64,000 nucleotides of DNA, taken from Eledone cirrhosa (lineage: Eukaryota). The stretch spans positions 75,020,001 to 75,084,000 of the forward strand of contig OZ024745.1 of NCBI GenBank assembly GCA_964016885.1, read 5' to 3'. How positions within the stretch are numbered: position 1 is the first letter of the stretch; the number at the start of each line of letters is the position of its first letter. The translations under genes and the position numbers were made by a program. Shown here piece by piece: positions 37,511-49,935 of the stretch. The notes under the pieces were generated by a model that searched no databases, was not told the origin of the DNA, and worked only from the letters and a program-made list of their open reading frames with translations.

Positions 37511-40228
37511 CATACACATACATACATATATATACATACACATACATATATATATATATACATACACATACATATATATATATATACATACACATACGTA
37601 CATATATATATATATACATACATACACATAAGACAAAAGTGTTGATGAGTAGAAAAGAGGACAAAACTCTGATTCTGTCAGGGAAATGGCCATGTTCGAT
37701 ATGCAGAAAAGGAACTGGCATAAATTCTATAAAATGCACACAATGCAGATCCTGGGTACACAAGAGATGTAGCGGGATAGCAGGCAAACTAACAGGTAGG
37801 GAGAAATATGTATGCAGTATATGTACAGGGAAATTAGACAGTAGAAGTCGCATTGATAGACACATTTTTCAAATGCAGGCAGGTGCTATAGAAGAGGTGG
37901 ATAGCTTCTGGTACCTAAGAGATCAGATTAACATGGGAGGGCGGTGTTCCGAGGCCATAGTATCTAGAATAAGGACAGGTTGGAAGAAGTTTAGGGAGCT
38001 GCTCCTCTGCTGACGAAGAAGGGTTTCTCCCTGCGTATGAAAGGCCGGTTATATGATGCCTGTGTGAGGAGCGCGATGTTGCATGGTAGTGAGACATGGG
38101 CAGCAACTGCAGAGGATATGCGATGGCTGGAGAGAAATGAGGCAAGCATGCTCCGTTGGATGTGCAGTGTAAATGTGCGTGAACGACCCAGCATAAATGT
38201 GTCTGAGAGGGATAGAATGTAGTGTACGGGAGAGGAGACTGAGGTGGTATGGACATGTGATGCGCATGGAGGATGACCGATGGATAAAGAAGTGCCAGGA
38301 AATGCCAGTTGAAGGAAGACGTGGTAGAGGTAGACCACGAAAAACATGGGCGGAGGTGGTGAGAACAGACCTCAGATCGCTGAAGCTCACGGTGGAGACT
38401 ACGAAGGACCGTGACAAGTGGAGAGATGCTGTGCTGAATAAGACCCATCCCACCCTTGCAAGCAGGGAAGAGCGGACGTAAAATGATGATGATGATGATG
38501 ATATATATATAAATGAATAACAAATATGGGCAAAGATAGGAAAATGAACGAATACAGACAGTCCCATCTCATCAGTTGACTGCTAGAGATACGTTGTTTT
38601 GATGCTTTAAGGTGAATACAACTGGCTCTAGTGCACAAAGGACTAACAAATGGGCAAGGGACAAGCTGATAGTCTTAATGACTATTTACAAAAAATGCAC
38701 ATATATATATATGAGCTACAACATAAGTGCCAAGCTGTGATGGCCAATGTCTTTCCTTTAGACGACTTCCATAAAACATACTGCTCAGGCATGTACCTTG
38801 GAGAGAAACTTTTCAGGTTCAAGCCTGGTCAGTCATGATCAAAGGAGGCCTATACTATTTTATAGACAAAAAGCAAAGGAGGCCTATACTATTATATAAA
38901 CAAAAAGCAAACAAATACAGAAAGAGAAACCAATAAGATTAAACAATGAATTACCATTTTCTTAAGACGCAGCATTTCTTTTCTTTTTAATCGAATTTCC
39001 TGAAAAAACAAAAACAATGTAAAAATATAATATATATATAAATATAATATATACTTGGTGGTACTCCAGCATTGCCTCAGCAGGTAGGCTAGAACACATA
39101 ACAGAATACTTATGAGGAAGAAAATAATGTGTGAATCACACTGTAAATAAGGCTGGCATTAGGAAGGGCATCCAGCCAAGCCAGCCACAGAAACCAAGCC
39201 AGAAATAGTTCTGTATGAGCAAGACATGATCATCTGATCTGACTTGTGACAACTCATCTAACCCATGCTAACATGGAAAATGGACATTAAATGGTGATGA
39301 TTCTGCCTGAGAATAATGTTAAGGGTACATACGTACCTGTGGAATACTCAGCCACTTTCATCTTAATAAAATAAATCAAATGTTCAGTTGATTGAACAAC
39401 TGAATGCTCATGACTGACCCTAACAGAACGTTCATTGTCAACATCAATTTCCCTTCTCTGGGAGAGTATGTAGATATCGTGGTTACTGCTATACTTCCCT
39501 ACAACTAACAACAAATACTTTACGGCCATTTTCCCTGATAAAATAGAGGATTAGCCTTACAATGATATAAAAGTAGTGCCTCACCCCTCACCAATCCTCT
39601 GACTTTCATTTCTTCCACCATCATCTTTTTCCAATCATTTCTCATTGGCTCTATTTCTCTCACCCAACCATCTTTATCTTCCTCAACACATGATCCAACC
39701 ATTTCTCTTCACTACATTCATTATTGGCTCTATTCACCTTATCCAGTCATTTTTATCCATTCTCAACATACGAGCCAACCATTTCATTCTATTTCTTTTC
39801 ATAACATTCATCAATGGCCCTAGTTACATCTATCTCCACCCCATGCGCATTGTTACACCCAACACCCAACTTATTAAAAAAAAGTTGCAGGACTGGATAT
39901 AAAATTTTTCTTGAAATTGGAAGAAATTAGAAAACATATACTTATAACTTACTTTGTGTTTTGCATTTACTTTGTCATGGAAGATCTTTTTATCAATTTT
40001 ATCTTCAGCCTCCATGTACTGTTTGGCTTCTTCAATATTTATCCCACAAATGCCTGACTTACTGATTTCTCTATTTGAAGTTTGTGCATGTTTATATATA
40101 TCTTTAACAACCTGAAATCACATGAACAGAACAAATAAATGAAACCTCTCTCTCTATATATATATAATATATATTAACCCATGCTAGCATGGAAGATAGA
40201 CATTAAACAATGATGATGATGATGTATG

Positions 40229-40270
<42 letters not shown>

Positions 40271-40399
40271 GTAAAAACACAGGAAGTTATATCCAAAGTT
40301 GATAGAGCACTCACTAGGTTCAAAGGACGAGTTTGGTATAGGTTGAAAATCCCTCCAGTGAAACAATTGTCTGCGAATATAGTTTGCTAATTTGTTGTG

Positions 40400-40482
<83 letters not shown>

Positions 40483-41051
40483 GGTGGCTGCCAACTCGTT
40501 TTCGAGTACGGCCACTACTTTATATCTATGTAGGAGAACCCCTACCGATGCGCTGGACGAGTGGGACTTTTTAGTCCAGCCAGCGTATTGAAAACTCTGG
40601 TACAAACACTACACTTGTGACAATTATTGACACATAGTGCTGGGCCCATGGTACCATGTGACGACAAGTGCAGAGAGATCTCCAGATATAAAGCAATGCC
40701 TGTGCTGTGAAGCTTTTATAGTGAGCAAAGGCACTGCACAAAGCCAGTCCCACTCTCTTAACCAAGATGATATTTACCAAAAAGAAGAACAAGTCAACAT
40801 CATTGGATACCATCAGGGTTGCAGGTATTATATCAGAGTTTTCCTTCTCCTAGAATTCTGCCTTGACAAAGGCTAAGGGGTCATCTCTCCCGGTGATTTT
40901 GGATGGCCATTGACTCTTAAGAGCTCCATTGCCCTTTGACAGGTTTTGTTTTTAGTCCTGCAGGATGTCCAAAATCACCCTCCTCACCAAGAAACCTTGG
41001 TGGGGTTGCCAGTTTAGTCGCCAACGACCCGACCATGAGACAGGTTGTACA

Positions 41052-41110
<59 letters not shown>

Positions 41111-41129
41111 TATATATATTGACAGTGTG

Positions 41130-41161
<32 letters not shown>

Positions 41162-44100
41162 TACATTTATATATATATAAGGAGCAGTCAGCAAAGTTAG
41201 GATTAGCAATGAGTATAGCGAGGAATTTAGCGTACAGGTTGGGGTCCACCAGGGCTCTGTTCTTAGCCCTCTCCTGTTCATCATAGTCCTGCAGGCAATA
41301 ACGGAGGAGTTTAAGACCGGATGCCCATGGGAACTCCTGTATGCTGATGACCTTGCACTCATAGCTGAATCTATGGTAGAACTAGAGAATAAATTCCAAA
41401 CCTGGAAGCAGGGACTAGAGAGAAAGGGCCTCCAAGTCAACATGACAAAGACTAAGGTCCTTGTAAGTAGACGAGAAAACAGAACCCAGATCCCCTCAGG
41501 GAAATGGCCTTGCTCAGTATGTAGGAAAGGTGTAGGTAGGAACTCCATTCTCTGCCCCAAATGCAAACAATGGGTACACAAGAGATGTAGCGGGATCTCA
41601 GGAAGCTTAATTAAGAATGTAGGATTCACATGCAGCAGCTGTGCTGAAACAGCAAGCAAACAGCCACAGGAAACAAGTACCACCAATCTCTGGGAGGGCC
41701 CTGTAGAAACAGTAGACAGCTTCTGCTACCTAGGTGACCGAATTAGCAACGGAGGTGGGTGCTCAGAAAGTACAATAACTAGGGTAAGAACGGGATGGAA
41801 GAAGTTTAGGGAACTACTACCACTGCTAGCTGCAAAAGGCTTCTCCCTCAGAATGAAAGGCAGACTGTATGATGCGTGTATCCGAACAGCGATGTTGCAT
41901 GGTAGTGAGACCTGGGCGCTGAAGGTGGAAGACTTACGTAGATTAGAGAGAAACGAAGCCTGCATGCGCCGATGGATGTGTAACAGTAATATACGTGAAC
42001 GACAAAGCATAAAGGAATTGAGAGAGAGACTGAGCATAAGAGGAATCAAATGCTGCGTGCAGGAGAGGCGGTTACGCTGGTATGGACATGTGATGCGTAT
42101 GAAGGATGACAGCTGCATAAAAAGGTGCAGAGCACTAGAAGTTGATGGAAACCGCGGAGTGGGGAGACCCAAGATGACTTGGGATGAGGTGATAAAAGCC
42201 GACCTTACCCAACTACACCTTTCAAAGTCAATGACACACGACCGTGACTTCTGGCGTCACGCAGTAATACAGGGTACCCGACCTCCCATGGGTACATGCT
42301 GAAGCATATAAACAATGTGCCCCCACTCCCCCCACCGCAAGGTGGTCGTGGAGGTGCCACGGCAAAAAAGCACCCAGCCCACACTGTAAAGTGGACGTGT
42401 AGGCGCCACGAAAAAGCACCCAGCACTCACTGTAAATGAGGTTGGTGTTAGGAAGGGCATCCAGCTGTAGAAATCAAGCCAGATCAGTTCCTGTATGAGC
42501 AAGGCATGGTCAGCCGACCAGACACTGCCCACAACAGGACAACCCGTCTAACCCATGCTAGCGTGGAAGAACGGACGTAAAACGGTGATGATGATGAAAA
42601 GCAAATAGGAAGATGGAATCGAAATTCTACGCAAATTTAATGCTTTATATATGTTTCAAGTGTGATATAATCATTACACATTTAGTTACAAAAAGAATTT
42701 AACTTGTATGAGTAAAAAATAAAGAAAGAAACAAAATCATTTTATACTACACCATCTTATATATATATATATTTAGATCCTGAGTGAAATCAGGGGTAAC
42801 CACAGTTATAAAGGGTACTCAATATATTAGTAGAGTATAAACATCATTATTTTGGCAGTATCGGTAGAGGGTCGGAAACCATGCTTTGACGCATAGTTAT
42901 GGCCCTTTCCATTCTGAGTTCAACCCCCCCCCCCCCCCCAGGTTAACTTTGCCTTTCATCCCTATGGGGTCGATAAAATAAAGTACCAGTAATGCACTGG
43001 GTAATTGCTGGCCTTGTGCCAAAAGCAGAAACAATTATTTATATCAAATCAAGGGCGGTGAATTGGCAGTATTGGTAGAGGGTCGGACGCCATGCTTTCT
43101 AGCATAGTTATGGCCCTTTACGGTCTAAGTTCAAATCCCGTTGAGGTTAACTTTGCCTTTCATCCTTACGGGCTCGATAAAATAACGTACCAGTAATTGC
43201 TGGCCTTGTGCCAAAAGTAGAAACAATTATTTATATCAAATCATCAAGACATTCCTATTAAATAAGGATACATATATACATATATATATACATATATATA
43301 TATAGGTGTTCGCTCTAGCATAGCTGTATACATATAAGTATGCGCATTTTGTATATCTAATGATATACAGTATGTTTACGACCCACCCTTTGTTTTTGCT
43401 AGAATCTGTTAGATGGCGCTGTCATCAGTTTCCAAATTTATAGCTGAAGGCTTTCAAAATGTTTATTCGTAGTATATATATATATATATATATATTATAT
43501 AATGTAAATAACAACAACTACTGCCACCATCATTGTTTTTACAATGATGATGATGATGATAATAAGATTTTGCAGGAGTGAAATTTAGAAGATGTTGTAT
43601 TTGAAATCTCTAAAATGTATACCAACATAGAAAAATGCACGTTGATTATGATGGTGTGTGTTTGTGCATTCAATTGTGCAGGCATGTATGAGTGTATATA
43701 TACAAACATGAAAAGGTTAAACAAATTTTCAGTTTTATACTAACCTCTCCATCGTCATCAAATTTAATTTTTGTGTTTAACTCAATATTTTTCTTTAAAG
43801 CACGTTTTGCAAGAGAAATTTTAGTCAAAACTTTCTTTTTCTTTGCGCTAACTGTTTTATTGTTGTCAACCTGGAAAAGAAGAGATAAAATATGTTAAAT
43901 AGTTCATTCTGATATTTAACAAGTGAGACATGGCCCCACCAGCCCATCAAATAGTACAATAACTCTATTTAACCCTTTAGTTACCAACTCGGCCAAAACC
44001 AGCTCTGATTCTATGCAATAAAACCACCCATTTTAAAGGTCTCCAATTTAAATTAAAATCTTCCAACATAATTATATATAAGAACCTTACATTAAGTTAC

Positions 44101-47100
44101 TATCTTAGTAATGAAATAATAAATAATTTTAGTAAATCCCTTGAAATTCTTCATTAGTTAATTAAAATAGAGTATTTCACTAGAGATGCAGTCACGAAAG
44201 GGTTAATTACTGACCTAGTCTGTAACAACGAATTCAACCCAGGCCAGATGATGAAAAAAAAGGGAAATTTATGGCTCCCACCTATGCAGTTGAATCTCAT
44301 AAGTTTCTCAGGTGTTTTAATTTTATTTCGTCGATCCAGAAAGAATAAAACAAAGTTGAACTTGCCAGGATTTGTTCCAAAGAGCTGGAACAAATACCAC
44401 AAGCCATTTTGTCACATGCTCTAATGACCCAACCTATTTGCCACGTTTGGTAGATTTAGAAATTGCTTTGTAAAGATAGTAGAACTTATGTCAACATTTG
44501 ACAGTCATGTATCTAAGAGAAGAAACCTTTTATGGCTGAAAAACAAAGGGAAAAAAAAGGAAAGAAGCTGATCAACAAAGAAAGTATGTTTTCAATAGGT
44601 TTTTTTCCACTGTTAATACTAACTGCCGATGGCAACTCCTGGCCGAAGTGTCAACCCTTTTCCAATGACAGGAGAACTCAGAACCTACTGTAGTGGAACA
44701 GATAGTCCAAAGCATCCTGTTTGACACTTTAACAATTTCATCAATCCATCACATCCCCTGGACAGTACTTTATTTATCAACTCTAAAAGGTTCTGAAGTA
44801 TAGTAGGCCTTGTGGGATTTGAACTTTGAGTGTAGAGAGCCAGATCAACTAAAGTCATATTTAATCTGATTCTCTAATGACTGCCAATTTGCTGCCTCTT
44901 GAAAGACAAAAGAAGGAATAAATAACGAAACATACCTCTTTGACAACATCTTTAACTGGTTCAGCAGGAATTCTTCTTTTAAAAGTGAGAAGGTCATCAT
45001 CATCATCGTCACATCCAAATTGAACAGAAATCTTCTCGTCCTTATCACAGTTAGAATCTTCTCCATCACTATCGCCAGATGTCACATCCTCAGAATCACT
45101 AGCTGAACTACTTCCTGTTGCGATATGACGTTTCAACTGAGGTTTGGCCTGACTCTGCTTCCTGTGTTCTTTCTGCTTACTTTCAGAGTCAGATTCATCA
45201 GATTCACTAGACAGCACATCACCAGTCCCTTCACTTTTAGATGTAACTTTCTTGGAAGAATTACTTGCTTCTCTTCTTAAGCGCTGTTTTTCTTCCCGCT
45301 CCAAAAACCGTACACGTGGAATTATTTCTAATCCTAGGGAGCTACAAATAAAACAAATACATGAGTAAGAATAGTAAGGCAGAAGAGGTTGTGTAGGTGT
45401 CACAACAAAAAGCACCCAACCCACACTGTAAAGTGGTTGGTAAGGTGTCATGACATAAAGTTCCCAGGTCCACACTGTAAGACGATTGTGTAGGTGTCAT
45501 AACAAAAAGCACCCAGTCCACACTGTAAAGTGGTTGTGTAGGTGTCATGACAAAAAGCACCCAGTACACACTGTAAATGTGGTTGGTATTACGAAGGGCA
45601 TCCAGCCATAGAAACCAAGCCAGTAAAAGTCCTGTATAAGCAAGACACGGTCACCTGATATGACTTATCTCACAATGGAACAAATTGTCTAACTCTTGCT
45701 AGTGTGGAAAAATGAGCGTTAAATGGTGATGATGGTGATAATACTGTTTAATCCTCCCATTACCATATTTCTAATGAAATATACTGCCTATAATTTTTAT
45801 TATCATTAAGTTGGTGTTTGGAACATGAATTAATAACGGTTCATACATAACATTATGAATGAAAATTTTTAGATCAATATAAACACTTTAAAATAGACCA
45901 GGGGTGGTTTCAGGCAGTTAGCTACGAAAAGAGTTAAGAAAGCAGTGACATTATTCATGTTGCACCATGCCTACATGGATAAGTGAATGTAAAATAATAA
46001 TGATGATGAGTTTAGTGGTGTGACAAAGATCAATAGTATTATATACTATCCTTAAAAATGTAGCATGGGTTGGCATCAGGAAGTGTACCAGACGATAAAA
46101 TATTGTTTCAAGAAAGTCTTGCCCAACCCATGTATAAAAAAAACATACATTAAAAAGAAATGAAGCCGATAATGATACATACCATGAAAACTTTTCAAGA
46201 TCCAGATTTTTCACATCAAAAATGCTTTTGTTTGACATCAAAAATACAGAACGTATATATGAGATAAAGGCCTACAACAGAAACAAGGTTAAAAAAAAAA
46301 AGACCTTTAAACATTTGAATGGAAAGACTGGTCATATGGATTTGAATAAAAGGCTGGTGTCTAAGGAAGTGGGTGTAGCAACCTATATTTTTTTTACTGT
46401 TTAATCAAGGAAAGCAGCAAATTGGGTGAGTTGCTAGTGTCAGATTAAATGCTTTGCAGTATTTATTTTGACAAAGTTGACTGCAGCAAGGTTTGAACTC
46501 AGACTGTATAGAGCTGAAAGTATATCATAATTGTTTCTACTTTAGGCACAAGGCCAGTGCATTACTGGTACTTTATTTTATCGACCCCGTAAGGATGAAA
46601 GGCAAAGTCAACCTCGGCGGGATTTGAACTCAGATCGTAAAGGCACGTAACTATGCTGGAAAGCATGGCGTCCGACCCTCTACCGATACTGCCAATTCAC
46701 CGCCCTGAAAGTATATCATAATAACTGAAAGAAATAGGCAGTGTATTTCCTTAGAAATATGCTAACAAAATACAGGCCAATGAATCCACAGATTTTATGA
46801 AAAGATACTAACTTTAACAAGTTTTAGAAATGTTATTGTAACATTAAAACATCACACTAGGATAGATAGCTGCTGCTATCTTATCAGTGTCATATCCACA
46901 TTCTTAAATATCCTGATCTCAGCCTTTTCCTATGCTAAGCTATGCATGTTTCTTTAACCATTCAGTTTCATATGGTAGATGTTGCTTGCTTGCTGGTTGG
47001 TTGTCCATTGATTCATCATCATCATCATCATTACCGTTTAACGTCCATTTCCCACGCGAGCATGGGTTAGATGAGTTGTCCTATTGTGAGACAAGTCAGA

Positions 47101-49901
47101 TCAGGTGACTGTGCCTTGCTCATATAGAACTGGTCCTGGCTTGGTTTCTACGGCTGGATGCCCTTCCTCATGCCAACCACATTTACAGTGTGTACCAGGT
47201 GCTTTTTGTTGTGACACCTACACAACCGCATTACAGTGTGATGATAATATTGCCCCTCTCCATCAAATATATCGATAAGCATGCAGGTGCAATACAAGTT
47301 CAATAAGGTAGAGGTAGGTATACATAGTTATACCTACATTTTAAGTGATTCTGTTTCCAACCTCTCCTTTTAATAAGTCCCATGCTGTGCCCTAATAACT
47401 TGACATTATACGGTGGGAGTATAGACTTCTTTATCCAGTCCTGGCTACATGTTGCTCACTAAAACTTGGCATGTAGAGGGAGTATAAACTACTTTATCCA
47501 GTCCTGGCTACATGTTGCTCACTAATAACTTGACATTATGTGGTGGGAGTATAAACTGCGTTATCCACAGTCCAGGCTACATGTTACTCACTAATAACTT
47601 GACATGTGGTGGGAGTATAAACTGCGTTATCCACAGTCTTGGCTACATGTTACTCACTAATAACTTGACATGTGGTGGGAGTATAAACTGCGTTATCCAC
47701 AGTCTTGGCTACATGTTACTCACTAATAACTTGACATGTGGTGGGAGTATAAACTGTGTTATCCAGTCCTGGCTACATGTTGCTCACTAATAACTTGACA
47801 TGTGGTGGGAGTATAAACTGCGTTATCCACAGTCCTGGCTACATGTTGCTCACTAATAACTTGACATTACGTGGTGGGAATATAAACTGAACCACAGCCC
47901 TGGCTACATGCTCTTTTGTTTATTATTGCTTAGTTAAGGGGAAGGACAGTACTCATGACCCTTTCCAGAACCTCTGGGACTGGTAGGAAAGAGGAAGGTA
48001 TGTCTGAATGTTTTCAAGTGTGGACTCTGCTAAAACCATCTAGGGCCAGGTGGTGATGTTAAACTAGGCAACAGTGTGGACTCTGATAAAGGCATCTATG
48101 GGCCAGGTGGTGGTGTTAAAGTAGGCAACAGATTAAATCTAACACTCAAGTAGGCCAGAGCAGGATTTGAACAAAAATCCAGTACAAATATTGCAGGCCA
48201 TTTCACCGTTAATGCTTCTGACAATTCATTACTCTAGAATGGTGTTTTATTTAGTTAACCTTGGTGGAATTTGAACTCAAAACAGAAGGAGCTGGAATGA
48301 ATGTCTCAAGGTATTTTATCTGAAATTTTAATACTTATGTCAATTTGCTAGCTATATAACAATTGATCCTATATCACACGCATAAACTACTATTTACATT
48401 TTCAGCAATTTTTCTTTCATTATGTGAAAAACAGATTTGCTACTCTAAAGTCTGCCTCAAGCCAGTGCTTATCCCGGTTTCATGGTGTGAAGCAAATGAG
48501 AGTACAAGAGTCTCCCATGGACAGGATGCCAGTCCATTCCAGGGTTAAACCCCCAACTATTGCTGGTACTCATTTTCAGTTGAGCAATGTGAAATGAAGT
48601 GCTTTGCTCAAGAACACAACACACAACGAAGCCCAGGAATCAAACCCACGACATTATGATTGTAAGTCCAACACCCTTACCAGTAAGCTATGCACCTCCA
48701 CTAGATTTACTACTATTGCACACATATAAATAGACAATGGTTTATATATATACCTTTTTGGAATTATCTTTCATCTCAGTATTTTCTGCACACTGGGACT
48801 GCAGACGAGGTCTAATATCCCACAACATTTTAGGGTTCACTCTGTAATAAGATAGAAAACATCAAATAATATTAATAACAGAAATGAAGGCAGGTTTGTT
48901 TATTCTAATCCCTTCAGTCTAAACCCTGTCTTGGGAGTGAGACATGAGTGATGAATGTGGAACAGTAGAGAAGGCTGGAAAGAACTGAAATGAGAATGGT
49001 TCGGTTGATGAGTGGAGTATTGTTCAGAGAGAAGAGAAACAATGAATTGCAGAAGATGAGAATAGAGCCAGTGATGAATATTATGAAGAGAAATAGGATG
49101 AGATGGTTGGGTCATGTGTTAAGGATGTAATTGACTGGGTGAGAGGAGTGATGGAAATGAATGTGGAAGGAAGTTGCAGAAGAGGGAAACCAAGAAAGAT
49201 GATAGATGAGGAAAGCCAGGGAGTTAGTGAGGGGAGATGCAGAAGATAAAGTAAAATTTTGATGATGGTGATATAGGTACAGGCATTGCTATGTGGTTAA
49301 GATGTCTACTTTGCAACCACATGGTTTCAGGTTTGAACTTACAGTGTCACCTTGAGGAAATGTCTTCTACTACTATAGCTGTGGGATGAACAATGTCTTA
49401 TGAGTAATATTTGCTAGAGAGAAACTGTGTTGAAGCTATTTGTGTGTATGTATGTGCATATATGTATCATCATCATTTAACATCTGCTCTCCCTGCTAGC
49501 AAGAGTTGGACGAGTCTACATAGACCAGGTTAGTATTGAAGCAGAGCTACTGACATCCCAGACAGGCCGAGGAGTTTGTATCCTGCTTACGTATGGTCAT
49601 ATTGAGTGCTGAAGAGAAGTTGTGTCTTTTGACACAAACTGAAGGGTCCTCCTAACCCCTTGTTTCGCAAGCTTTCTATGGCTTGCTAATACTCTTTTCG
49701 TAGCTAACTGCCTGAAACCACCCCTGGTCTATTTTAAATGTCATACTAATACTCTCTGTAGAAATGGAATGTATTGGACAAGACATGGTCCCTTGACCTA
49801 TACAAGAAAACAATAGCTTTGATTAAGTACTGACTTGTTCTGTAATGACCCATCCAACCCATGTTAGCATGGAAAAGCAGATGTCATGGTGATGATGATA
49901 A

Positions 49902-49935
<34 letters not shown>

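Noticed and set aside
35616-37865. Long Y/I/C/V/M/H-rich ORFs
   Set aside because: Translations of the TA/CA microsatellite
43403-43425. CTCF/YY1-like motif tgttagatggcgctg
   Set aside because: Single partial match with no supporting context
47390-47912. Repeated TTATCCACA (DnaA box) and TTGACA suggesting a bacterial origin, iterons or promoter
   Set aside because: Intron of an animal gene; one chance motif amplified by tandem repetition; -35/-10 spacing wrong
46177-48753. GTAT-starting DDX10 donors as further U12 introns
   Set aside because: gtatat lacks the ATCCTT consensus; acceptors look U2-type
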